From Squalus acanthias (taxonomy: Eukaryota), in contig CM059432.1 in the NCBI GenBank assembly GCA_030390025.1, forward strand, positions 19,532,001 through 19,596,000: DNA of 64,000 nt, in the 5' to 3' direction. Shown here in pieces: positions 38,410-50,700 of the stretch. Below the pieces are notes generated by a model. It ran no database searches, was not told the origin of the DNA, and worked only from the letters and a program-made list of their open reading frames with translations. A program made the translations under genes and the position numbers. The number at the start of each line of letters is the position of its first letter. Position 1 is the first letter of the stretch.

Positions 38410-40261
38410 GGCCTAGAAATTTGAGTAGGCCGGAACCTGCCAGAAGCAGCGTCGGCCAAGGCTAACTGCTGCCCGCAGAGAGAACGGAGGCAGAACCGGT
38501 ATGTTGTTGCTGCCTGCTAATTAACATCAGCGGTGCGGAGAATTTGTAGTGTAACGCGCTCTTACAGGAGGCTGAAGGTCGCGTCTGTGTTCCACTTGCA
38601 GTTAAGGAGAACGAGGAAGAAACAAGTGACCCTCTAGGCCATGTACAGAACAGTTGCCGTATTTGTTACAACAATTTGCCTGCCACCCGCTCACCAATCA
38701 GTGTTCCAGCATTGCATTCAGCTCTTGTGGAGAAAGCTCCCTCTTGTTTAAAGCGCATCAAAGTGACACAAGCAAAGCTCCGGAACCTATCTGTGGAAGT
38801 CATCTTTTAAATCAGCTCAGGCTCCGGCTCTCAAAATTTTGGCAGATGGATAAACGGTTCGGCAAATCATTTGCGGGGAGCCTGCCGACTGCGCTGGGGA
38901 AGTCTGTGGTTCGATCGGACTTCGGGATCGGAGGAGAAGTGGGGAGGGTATGGGCACGCAACAGGGCAAATTAATTATCGGAAGTCTGTACCTCTCGTTG
39001 CGCTGAAGAAGGCACGCAGCATTCAGTGTTGTTCAAAGGGAACAAAATTCATTTTTTTGACATTGAGCCAAGATGGCCCATTTAATGCTTTCAAGCACTC
39101 TCCCCTATCACTTTACCCACACATCTCATTCTAAAGGAATAAGCAAAGCTCTTTATTTTAAATGCTTGTTCAAATTTTCATGAAGCAGGAAGAAAAAATT
39201 ATAGGACAGGAACGATCAAATCCAGCGCTTTGTAGTTTTTGAAACCATTATCCTGTAGTCATCATTTCATTGATAGGCTGGGGTCACTTTAGTCACTGGC
39301 TTGGAGGGTCTGACAACTGAGGGCTTTCTACTATTCCGTGGCGAGGACAGAACATTTAAATCTGCTAACTTAAAACATTTTAATTCACACTTCAGATTTC
39401 AGAGATTGAAACACTGAACATCCATAGGTGATTCCTAATCCAAACCTCGAGTTTACTCTTCTAGTCACTCAGAAGTAATCACTTGCATGATTCTGCATCT
39501 TCCCATTTGTTACATTCAGTATTACAATCTCAGGCAGTGGTCATGATGTGGAGATGCCGGCGTTGGACTGGGGTGGACAAAAATGAGAAGTCGCACAACA
39601 CCAGGTTATAGTCCAACAGATTTATTTAAAATTACAAGCTTTCGGAGCTGTCGCCCCTTCCTCAGGTAGAGTTACTGTGAGCTCACAGTAACTCTACCTG
39701 AGGAAGGGGCGACAGCTCCGAAAGCTTGTAATTTTAAATAAATCTGTTGGACTATAACCTGGTGTTGTGCGACTTCTCATTTTAATCTCAGGCAGGACAG
39801 TTTCAAATAAGCAAATCACCGGGAGAAAAAATTAAACTTTGCCTACAAATCCCAAGGGTTAGCTAGCAAGACCTAAGCTTGCAATTAGTATAAACACTGC
39901 TACAAGGAGATAATAGTCTTGGCTGTCTTACATTTGTCACTTGAAGCATCCTCATGGCTGTTTACGTTGTTGAAGCACTTTTAGCGGCTACATGCACAGG
40001 CGTGCTTTGGAGAGGGCAGCAAAAGGAGCAGTGATATCCAAAATGATGAGCAGACGTCAATAGGCATTGCACGCCGATTGACATCACGCTCTGACTAATT
40101 ACAATACTTTCAGTGAGCGCAGGCATTGGCAGCGCTGCCGACCTGCCGAAAATGGCAGCCGCTGTGGGACCCGCCAGCAGCGAGCGAAAGTGTGGCAGCC
40201 GCAAATTATTCCCCCAAAACAGGCCTTAACGGCCAGCGCAAACACTTCGAATTTCTAGGCC
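38410..40261. mobile_element. Non-autonomous Harbinger-type element
   Basis: Perfect 12-bp TIR GGCCTAGAAATT / AATTTCTAGGCC. TSD CAT at 38407-38409 and 40262-40264. Right subterminus resembles 18590-18790. Confidence 0.8.
39538..39783. mobile_element. Non-coding Penelope-derived palindromic insertion with two hammerhead motifs
   Basis: TSD AATCTCAGGCAG at 39526-39537 and 39784-39795. Perfect 204-bp palindrome at 39580-39783. Hammerhead motifs at 39695-39730 (+) and 39633-39668 (-). Confidence 0.92.
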
Positions 40262-40269
40262 CATATTTC

Positions 40270-40780
40270 TGAGGAACTGGCCTCCATCCTTCCATCTTTT
40301 GCAAAGTGCTGTGTTACATTGGATCACCTCAGAATGAAAGCATCATGTGTTTATCCCAGGGATCATGCGCTGCTGTGTATTATTTTCTTCTGGTGGTTGC
40401 ATACCATTTGCATATTGATGGAGTAATAACCCTTCTTATATAATCAGTGATGGCCTCTATCTTAGGGCAGGCAGCCATTTGGAAAAAATTGTTGATGCCA
40501 CTACAGTCGCTGCTGCTGTTGGCTGCTGAAGTTATATCGCAGGGTGCATCGTGGTACAGGGCTTTAGTTGTCTTCTTTACGGAGCTGTAGAGGATAAAAT
40601 GGCTGCCTCCTGAGATGGTCTGGAAGGCCTCTGTAGCATAAAGGTTGTGGACAGTAATGACATTGCTACCCGCGGCAATACATGTCAACGCTTGACCGCA
40701 GGTCTTGGTGGATCAGTTGTTCCAGGTCAGCACGAGTCTGCTTGTCCACTGCTCCTCCACCGTGCCAGCTGACTTTGCCG
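40270..40780 (-). pseudogene. Highly degraded Harbinger (HARBI1-like) nuclease, N-terminal/central part
   Basis: DLEQLIHQDL, VITVHNLYATEAFQTISG, SSVKKTTKALY, FFQMAACPKIEAITDY, then (frameshifted) PG...HDAFILR, in the order expected for a HARBI1-family protein. Confidence 0.6.
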
Positions 40781-40930
40781 CATGAGGTGGTACTTCCCCC
40801 GTTAACTGGGGACGGGTCTGTCACGTGTCTTCTATCCCCTCTCTGCTCTGGGACTGCCCTTCCCTGCTGCTTGTGCTCCACTACGCCAATAGTGTTACGC
40901 CCATGCTCCCGGGATGGAAACCCGTCTGTC

Positions 40931-41596
40931 CAAGCAATTAGGAAAGCAAATGGTATGTTGGCCTTTATTACAAGAGGATTTGAGTATAAGAGTAAAGACA
41001 CCTTACTGCAATTATATAGGGCCCTGGTGAGACCACACCTGGAGTATTGTGTTCAGTTTTGGTTTCCTTACGTAAGGAAGGATATACTTGCCATAGAGGG
41101 AGTGCAACAAAGGTTCACAGACTGGTTCCTGGGATGGGAGGATTGTCTTATGAGGACAGATTGAGTAGACTAGGCCTATATTCTCTAGAGTTTAGAAGAA
41201 TGAGAGGTGATCTCATTGAAACATACAAAATTCTTACAGGGCTTGACAGGGTAGATGCAGGGAGGATGTTTCCCCTGGCTGGGGAATCTAGAACCAGGGG
41301 TCACAGTCTCAGAATAAAGGGTCAGCTATTTAGGACTGAGATGAGGAGAAATTTCTTCATTCAGCGGGTGGCGAATCTTTGGAAAACTCTACCCCAGAGG
41401 GTTGTGGAGGCTCAATCGTTGAGTGTATTCAAGACAGAGATCGATAGATTTTTGAATATTAAGGGAATCAAGGGATATGGGGATAGTTCAGGGAAGTGGA
41501 GATGAGGTAGAAGATCAGCCATGATCTTCTTGAATGGTGGAACAAGCTCGAAGGGCCAAATGGCCTACTCTTGCTTCTATTTCTTATGTTCTTATG
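40931..41596 (+). mobile_element. CR1 3' fragment
   Basis: QAIRKANGMLAFI.RGFEYKSK...LVRPHLEYCVQFW, with TTCTTATG tail. Confidence 0.92.
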
Positions 41597-42044
41597 TACC
41601 ATTCATTTGTCTCACAGCTGCTGTGATACTTTGAAATCTTCCCCTTCATTAAGCTCAGTAAGGCCCAGTCTGACTAAAATGTTCACCTTCCAATGCAGCC
41701 GCGGGAATGCTGCACTAGTTCATCATTCATGACCCTTAACGAGGCCTTAATGCTTAAAATTGATGTTTTAGCTTCTTTTTTGCAAGCCTTTTTTTATCCT
41801 CTTTTTGGAAGGGTAGGAATGCACAGAGCAGCACTAAACATAGAAGAATTGTTCAGTTGCACTTTCATTCCGACATTCCACCATCCTTTACTGGTGCTGA
41901 CTTTTCCCCTAAGATTAGGAACACATGAATGTCTGTTTATTATGAGATAAAGTAGAAAAATCCCCTAGCACCAAAGTCCCTTATATTGAAAAGTCCCTTA
42001 TATTCCTGCACATTTCCTAATTCTGCCCTGTTACCTTCCATCTG

Positions 42045-42303
42045 AATGAGGGGAGTTGAGGAGAACCTTTTTCACCCAAAGGGTGGTGGGGGTCTGGAAC
42101 TCACTGTCTGAAAGGGTGGTAGAGACAGAAACCCCTCATCGCATTTAAAAAGTACTTGGATATGCACCTGAAGTGCGGTAACCTACAAGGCTACGGACCA
42201 AGAGCTGGAAAGTGGGATTAGGCTGGACAATTCTTTTTTGGCCAGCACAGACATGATGGGCCGAATGGCCTCCTTCTGTGCCATGAACTTCTATAATTCT
42301 ATG
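42045..42303 (+). mobile_element. CR1 3' fragment
   Basis: GAACCTTTTTCACCCAAAGGGTGGTG..CTGGAACTCACTG and TTCTAT tail. Same subfamily as 28365-28620. Confidence 0.8.
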
Positions 42304-42485
42304 ATCTGGGAAAGTGCACGAGAATAATTTTTGCAGATGTTATGGGGCCGAGATAAAGGGAACATGAAAGTTTCAAAGGAACATTCAGCACTCTGAGGAA
42401 CAAAGTACCTCAGTGATCAAGCACCCATGAGCAATTGGCTTGGACTAATTTTCAGTTGAGTCTTATTTAGAATTAGCGAGACAAT

Positions 42486-42743
42486 GGGCTAGATTTTGAT
42501 ACTGGGGCGGGTTGGGGTCGTGTCATCTGCATTTTGTGTTATCCACCCGACTGCAATTGGATGTGGGAGATTGATGCAATTTTCACTTAATTGGGCAATT
42601 GAGTTCCAGCATGTGGGAACCCATGAACCAATTAGTGGTTTCAGTCTGAAAGTCGCCTTTGATGATGTCATCATTGCTGCTGCATTGCAGGTAAGAGACT
42701 GCCTGGCTTTTGCTGTGAAAGGACCTGGATGCAAAATGAGCAG

Positions 42744-42777
<34 letters not shown>

Positions 42778-43231
42778 TGTATCCAGGTCCTCTCACAGCA
42801 AAGGCCAGACAGTCTGTGAAGACCTTCAATGCAGTAGCATCAGAGGTGACTTTCAGACCTAATACTACTACTACCTTCATCACATCTCCGTTGTAATAGT
42901 GGACCTGCAGCTGATAGTCAGCTATCCAAATGTGCTCCCGCCAGGTTTCACAATCGTGGTTCAGAACAGGCATGCTTCATGTAGATCAAGGGTTAAAATC
43001 ACAAAGGCCTTTCAAAATGGCATTATAGAGCCAATTTAGTGCTTGTTAAGGGCCTTAACAGCCTATCCCGTCTCTTAAAGGCGGGACGGAGTCGGGACCA
43101 GCAGACACGATTTAATGAAAATTGCGTGGAGGCGGGATGGAGGTGGACTTGTGCCCGCCCGCCAGTTTTCGCAATTTTAACCCCCCACACGCCTCCAAAC
43201 CCGCCTCCACGGGTCAATGAAAATCCAGCCC
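42486..43231. mobile_element. Harbinger MITE related to the 22257-25465 element
   Basis: TIR GGGCTAGATTTT / AAAATCCAGCCC. TSD AAT/AAC. Subtermini resemble 22257-22470 and 25260-25465. Confidence 0.8.
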
Positions 43232-44424
43232 AACGTGTGCAATCCACTGTAAACCAGCAGAAAATGCTGGAAATACTCAGCAGATCAGGCAGCATCTGTG
43301 GAGAGACAAACATTGAGTTAACATTTCTGGTCAATGACCTTCTGTCAGAACAGGAAAAAGTTAGAGATGTAACAGGTTTTAAGCAACTACAGAGGCAGGG
43401 AAAGGGGGAGAGGAGGAAAGAACAAAAGGGAAGGTCTGTGATCGGGTGAAAGGCAGGAGAGATTAAATGACAAAAGGGATGATGGCGCAAGGCAAAAATG
43501 GGATGGTAATGGGACAAGTAAAGAAACAAAAGATGGATCTAGAGGAGTTGTAAATGGAAACAGCAGTTAGAGAGCTGTTGGAATAGATACTTCATATAAT
43601 CGACAAGGCTTAGCTAGCCGTCCCTCTCGAGCTTGAAACCTGTGATGCAGTGAATTCTCCAGTACCTTGTACCATAAGTGTCTCAAGTATATGTGTAATT
43701 ATTATTAGTAATGGTTATCATTGTATATGTGTAACTGTTCGTAATAATCGTTGTCATTGTCTGCTTAATTCATATGAAAGCCAATACATGCCTTTGAACC
43801 CTTTTATCTTGTGGAATAATTTATAAACTTATAAGCAAGACCATCCAGCCCCTAACAGTTGTACTGCTATGTTCAGATCGATGTGCATTCAAAACTGTTT
43901 TGCAGCGATGTGGATACAGCAGTGTAACTACAGCCACAGAGTGGTCGGACAGTGTTCTTTTCCGCAATTCCCTAAAAAGAGTGAGTTCCTGATCTTAGTT
44001 CGGCTATCATGAGGATGGGCGGGGAAACAAATGGTTTCTTCACAGGGAGGGGTGCAGGGAAGATAAATCAGAGGCTGAGTCAACCTGATTTGCATAGCTT
44101 CTGGTGGCCAGTTACTGAGAGACAGAAGTCAAGACAGGTTAAATAGCTTTATTTTGTACTAATTGTTAACTGTGTAAAAAAATGGAATATCAGATTTTTA
44201 TTCTTTCTCATAGCCAAAACCATCAAAGCTATGAGAAAGAATAAAAATGAACAGAAGATAGTTAATACTGAGCTTTATTGCCTATCTGCTCAACAATATT
44301 TCATGGATAAAATGAACAAGCACCTTTAGTGAAACAGTGAGAAAGGTTGAGCTTTTATGGTGCTTTGTAAAAAGAATTTCACTCCCCTCCACTTTCTCTC
44401 TGTGTTCGTGTACTATCCATTTTT

Positions 44425-44832
44425 TTTTTCATTCATGGGATTTGGGCGTTGCCAGCCGGTGCAGCATTTATTGCCCATCCCTAATTGCCCTCGAGAAGGT
44501 GGTGGTGAGCCATCTTCTTGAATACAACTGAATGGCTTGCTAGGCCATTTCAGAGGGCAGTTAAGAGTCAACCACATTGCTGTGGGTCTGGAGTCACCTT
44601 TAGGCCAGACCAGGTAAGGGCAGCAGATTTACTTCCTTAAAAGGACATTAGTGAACCAGATGGGTTTTTACAACAATCTGGTAGTTTGATGGTCACCATT
44701 ACTGATACTAGCTTTTTATTCCAGATTTATTTAATTGAATTTAAATTCCCCAGCTACTGTGGTCTCTGGATCATTAATCCAGGACTCTGGAATACTAATC
44801 CAGTAACACACCCACTATGCTACCATACCCGT
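44425..44832 (-). mobile_element. Second SINE family, sharing its 3' tail with the 1945/37125 LINE
   Basis: 44425-44522 matches the LINE 3' end. The remainder is unrelated to the LINE and ends in a tRNA-like head near 44760-44830. Confidence 0.7.
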
Positions 44833-45584
44833 CAAGGGGGTGACCACTTCCAACAGCTCAATTAGCACTACTCTGTAACAAGTGCCCATGAGCTGCCCAC
44901 TCACAACGGTGCATCTAATTTTCTGGTTGTCTTGGTGAGGAATCTCCTGTCTCCTGCTTGACAGCATGTCACTGTTATAGTGTGTGGGACATCAAACTTG
45001 TCCCCAATCACAATCTTAACTAATTATACAGCAGTGGGTGAGGCATAGGTTCCTGCCTACAAATCACTCTATAAAGTTGTCATACTGTCACAGGGAGTAG
45101 GCAATTGGAGTCAATCAAAGGCCAGGTACTTCCCCACAGAAATTTAGCAAAGACAATCACCCGTCTCACTCCTGTGCATCTCTGAGCAGCCATTTATGAA
45201 GCATAATATAAAGGGGTCTAACAACAGCGTGCTTTGCTGTCATTTGGTCTAGGGAGTGGGCTGACAAAGAGGGCATTGACAGAAAGGAAATGAGGAAAAA
45301 ATGGCCCTGAATTTACTTTGGGTTTTCAACATAAAAATGTCATAATCTGGGCATATAGGGGAAGCAGTTGAGGTGGGACCCGATTATATGGTTCATTTCA
45401 TAGTGAAGATGGATATCAGTGCCTATGTCCAAGTGTACTATGATGCTATGCAAGTAGCAAGGTGCTGTTATGAATTTATGTTTGCCGTAGATACCTTCTT
45501 GGGTTCAGTGGCATCAGCTTAAGAGGTCTGACCGTCTTATTTTGATGGGAGTTAACTTACACGGCCCTATATGTATTTATTTAG

Positions 45585-46090
45585 TTGTCAGCCATGGCTT
45601 AGTGGTAGTTCTCTCTCGCCTCTGAGGCAGAAGGTTGTGGGTTCAAGTCCCACTCCAGAGACTGGAGCACAAAGTCCAAGCTGTCACTCTGAGGGAGTGC
45701 TGCACTGTTGGAGCTACCATCATTCAGATGAATCATTAAACCAAATTCTCTTTCATCCCCATTTCTTTTCAATAAATACAATCTTGTAATGTTGCTTACT
45801 TTTGTCAATTCTGCCCTCTCAGGTGGATGTAAAAGATCCCAAGGCACTATTTCAAAGGCGAGCAGGGTAGTTCTCCCCGATGTCATGACCAATATTTATC
45901 CCTCAACCAACATCTCTAAAAATCCAGATTATCTGGTCATTATCACATTGCTGTTTATGGGACATTCCTGTGCGCAGATTGGCTGCCGTGTTACCTACAT
46001 TACAGTGACTACACTTCAAAAGTACTTCATTGGTTGTGAAGTGCTTTGAGACGTCCTGAAAGGCACTGTATAAATGCAAACCTTTCTTTT
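45585..46090 (+). mobile_element. Deu-domain SINE, near full length
   Basis: tRNA-like head (TGGCTTAGTGG; GGTTCAAGTCCC), Deu core and 3' tail. Confidence 0.85.
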
Positions 46091-46709
46091 TATATCGACT
46101 TAAATAAGAGCATAACCTGGGTGTAACCATTAGCATCCGCTTGTGTTCTGGATCAGGTGCTCACATCTTTCACACGTGCCTTTCTTGAGTCTTGCTGAAG
46201 GCCGAGTGCATTAACACTGGACGAAGGCCAGAAGTTTACCAGATTGACTGTGGCCAGTGGTTGGCGAGCTGCGGTAAAAATAAACGATCTTCCTGGCAGC
46301 CACCCTCAGCAAAACCAGCAGTTTTGTTGTCAGCTGCGGGAGACTTGCATGTCGGGAATCAGTGACACTAACACCCGTGAAGCTCAATATAAAAGCAGCT
46401 TAAGTCAGTCACCTTTTGCAGCGACTGCTCCTGTCTGATGGAGATATTGATTACATGGTCTATTTAGAAGTAGCTGTGGCCACTTGATTCTTGAATGACA
46501 ATGACAAGAAAATGATAAGGTTTGGTGGTACAGAGAAATCTTCATCTGAGCAGTTGCGAATTGTCAAAAATAAGCAACATTACAAGCTTGTATTTATTCA
46601 AAAGAAATGGGGATGAGCAAGAACACCAGAGGATTCGGTTGAATGTGAGAAACACTTATCAAGAGTCAGTTCCTCTAGACCCTTAATTCCCACCGCCCCA
46701 GCCTTCAAA

Positions 46710-46890
46710 AAGCTATTGAGGCTTGGCCAATTGAAAATTTCAATACAGAGATTGATAGATTTGTGTTAGGTATTAAGTGTTACGGAACCAAGGCCGGTAG
46801 ATTGAGTTAAGATACAGATCAGCCATTATCTAATGAAATGGCGGAATAGGCTCGAGGGGCTGAATGGCCTACTCTTGTTCCTATGTTCCC
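46710..46890 (+). mobile_element. CR1 3' tail fragment
   Basis: GAGATTGATAGATTT...GGCTCGAGGGGCTGAATGGCCTACTC.TGTTCCTATGTTCC. Confidence 0.75.
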
Positions 46891-47006
46891 TGACCCGCCT
46901 TGTCTCTGCTCCATGTCTTCCCCTATTGCACGACTCTCAGTGGGGGAAGAATTGCTCTGGTCACGATGCCATGTTGCTAGAACAGTGCTTCCTCTACATG
47001 AGGGAA

Positions 47007-47795
47007 AGAAGTGAGAAGTCGCACAACACCAGGTTATAGTCCAACAGTTTTATTTGAAATCACAAGCTTTCGGAGCTGCTGCTCCTTCGTCAGGTGAAGT
47101 TAAGAAATACAAATCGGCAAAGCATATATAGACAGAGAACAATGCCTGTGCAGCGTACAATGTCAGACGACTACAGTTAATCTTTCTGAGTGCCTTTTAT
47201 CACACCTCGGCAGAGAGACAATCAGGTCAGTCAGGAAGACATTATATCAAAGACATAGCAAAATACAACTAAGACAATGAGGTGGGGTCACAGGGGGTCT
47301 AATGTGTCAAATGCTGCAGTCTGTATGGAAAACCATAAACTTTAAACTTTTTACTTTTTTTACTGGAAATCACATCTGTGAACAAGCCAACGACGAGTCT
47401 GGATGACTCTACATCAGGTGGGGTTACATGTAGCGTGACATGAACCCAAGATCCCGGTTGAGGCCGTCCTCATGGGTGCGGAACTTGGCTATCAGTTTCT
47501 GCTCGATGATTTTGCGTTGTCGTGTGTCTCGAAGACCGCCTTGGAGAACGCTTACCCGAAGATCCGAGGCTGAATGTCCTTGACTGCTGAAGTGTTCCCC
47601 GACTGGAAGGTAACAATCCTGCCTGGCGATTGTTGCGCGGTGTCCATTCATACGTCGTCGCAGTGTCTGCATGGTCTCGCCGATGTACCATGCTCCGGGG
47701 TATCCTTTCCTGCAACGTATGAGGTAGACAACGTTGGCCGAGTCACATGAGTATGTACCATGTACCTGGTGGGTAGTGTCCTCACTAGATGGCCA
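47007..47795 (-). mobile_element. Penelope-like element, 5'-truncated (GIY-YIG C-terminus + pLTR with hammerhead)
   Basis: TSD CTACATGAGGGAA at 46994-47006 and 47796-47808. Minus-strand translation ...VVYLIRC..GYPGAWYIGETMQTLRRRMNGHR...GLNRDLGF. Hammerhead at 47060-47097 (-). Confidence 0.92.
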
Positions 47796-50700
47796 CTACA
47801 TGAGGGAAGTTACAGAGAGATGAAGAGCAAAAGAATAAAGGTTTATTTGCCTTCCTGACAAACGCTTCCCTCACATATAGTTGAGTCCTCTGACTGTTCT
47901 CTCTCATGTGACAGCCCCAGTTCTTTACAATGAATCTGCTCTGTCATGTAATGTCACTTTTTCTTGTCAGTTTCCAACGGCTGACATTTTTTTTTTAAAT
48001 ACATAAACATTTCTGGTATTGTCAGTCAAGAATCAAACGGTCACAGCTGCAAAAGGTGACTAACTTATATATAATAGCCATTTAATTCCAATGTGCCTTA
48101 GCTTGAATGTTTCTCCAAAGAAATCTACAACAGATATTGGAGTGGAACCCAGTTGTCACTTCATGCTCGTTACTGCGGTTTCTGACAAACTGAATGGAAC
48201 ATTAACAAGAATCAACCGCCTTCCCCTTCTAAGCAGCAGTCATGATTTCTTCTTGCTCAAGAGGGAACTTTCTCTATACCTCTGCTTTCTACCAATTTAT
48301 TTGAATTTTTACAATGCAACCAGGTCACACAAGCCTCCCTTTGGTTACCTACCAAGCCAAGCTTGTTGATAGCGACCTGAAACGTTAACTCTGTTTCTCT
48401 CTCCACAGATACTGCCTGACCTGCTGAGTATTTCCCGTTTTTATTTGTTGATGTACTCATCAGCATTAACCATTCTGAGTTTGGCTATGTTTATGCATTA
48501 GAATAATGACCTGGTTGCATTGTGTCCGTCTACGGAATCTGGCCTTTTAATGGGTGGACAAAGTTATCTTGAAAGCTTGTTTATTGCCACCAAAAACGTT
48601 AAGGAAAAAAAAATCTTGCTCCAACTTCCAACATGGATATTGGGCACAGAGATCACAAGAGGAACAGGAAGTTAAAACAAGCTTTTAAACTTTAAAAATA
48701 GAAATAAAGACTGGAATAGACAGAAAAGAGTATGACATTTGAGAAAAGGGTATAGTTGAAGTTACGGTACAAATGGACAGAGAGAAAATGAAGGAATGTA
48801 ACAGCAAAACAAGCATGGTAAAGTGTTAACTATTTTATGTTTAATGTAGTAGTTTAGGGTTAATATCAGGAGAGTGGTATCAAGAAAGCTATTCCTAATT
48901 TAAGTAACTTTATTACTGTAATATTTTTGAGCATTACAGCACAAACTCAAACAAATTAAATGGGTTGGCCCAGGAAACCGCAGGTTCCTTGAACCTGACA
49001 ACAAATTAATTTGAAGATACAAAATACACGCTCAAAACCAAATGCTGTTGTAATAATAAACAATACCCTTTTGTTTTATATATTCCCCATATTTAACCTC
49101 ACTATTTCTTTTTCCTCATCCGGAATCGATGGAAAAATAGCATGCTGTGTGCCCAGAACTTCCCGCAATGCACTCCCAGCAAGCATCATTCCATGCTGGG
49201 AACACCAGATTCCATAATCAATTGTTAATATTTAATTTCCATTTCATCTTCATCCTATCTAATCGAATATTTCCATTCTGACTCTTAAAAAAATGAAATT
49301 TAAAGCGCTCTCCTCACTTGGGTTCTTCCCACAGTCCATCTAGGGGTGGGAGCAACTCCTAAAAACGAGATCGTTGTGTGGCTGAAACTAACTCTGAAGT
49401 TCAGGTTCGCAACCAATGGCCAGGCTGCTGGCAGAGGAGCTCATTATTATGGACCCTCAGAACGCTAGACACATGAATTGATCTGTGCTGTAGTAAGCAT
49501 TAAAGGGCCAAATTTCGATCATCCTAGCTAACTGTCAGGGACGCCATCAGGTGAAACGTTAAAATGAGACCTTGTCCGCATGTTCTTGTGGCTTAGGTGG
49601 ATGCTGAAGATTCCATGAAGCTATTCGAAGAAGAGGAGGGCGTTCTCCTTTTGTCCTCGCACTCAAAGCTCCTCCATTAGAAATAATTCGCACACAGAGC
49701 ATCAATGCAAGAGTTCCCTCAGGCAGCGCTTGAGGCAAGCTTCCACATTGCGTTGATTTATTTATGACCATCTCCACTGTGAATGAGGGCCTACAATTGG
49801 CTATGCTTGGTTTCACTGGGACCATCAGGAAGAAGTCAAGTCCGATTCACTAAGAAATAAATAGCAATAAGTAACAGGGGGATGTCAGGCGATGCTGCAT
49901 CTGCTGCACAGTGGCAAACAAAACATGAGGAACACTAATTACTATGAAGTAAAGTTGCTTCAGTCGCAACTTGGAGGGGAAATTTAATCCTGAGGTCAGA
50001 GTAAACACTGCCAATGTGAGATGATTTTTAATGGTGGCAATTGCTATTAATAGGTTTCTGATTTTTTTTTTACTCATTGTCAAGACTCCGGAAGTTGGTA
50101 GTTTTGTTTGTGCTACCATGAAAGCTGATGCGTAAGCTACAGCTACAGGCAGATTTATTTTTGCGTGTTAGTTATGTGTTTATTCAGGTGAAAGAAGTCA
50201 CTTCTGATTAACGGAACATTTTCCCAATGTCGGCATCAAGCACTCCCAGATCATGTACGACAGAATTAGGTGCAAAGTAAAGTTCCCTTTACACTGCCCT
50301 AAGAATGTATTTGTGTCACAACTGAGGAAAAACACGCCATACGTACAACTTTTTTCCATTTCCTACATCAGCTGTCCTGTAGACACTCTGAGCGAGAGTG
50401 CCAATTTACAACATTTCGATAGCACGCCTTGCGCAAGAAGACATCTGAAAGTGCTTTGCATTCAGGAGAGAAAAACAAGGGAGGCCAAGCAGGAGAGAAA
50501 AAAAGAAATGGAAAATAGAGAGGATTAGGGTTGAGGGTTGAGGGGTGGGGGGTAACTGAAGGCATGACCACAGGAAAAGGGTTTTAAAGAAGTTTTCGAA
50601 AACAGGGAGGAAGGTGACATGCAGAGGGACCTAGTGAGGGGAACTTCAGATGACAAGAGGGTAGTGGCTGAACAAGCAGCAACCGATGGTGGAGGGAAGG

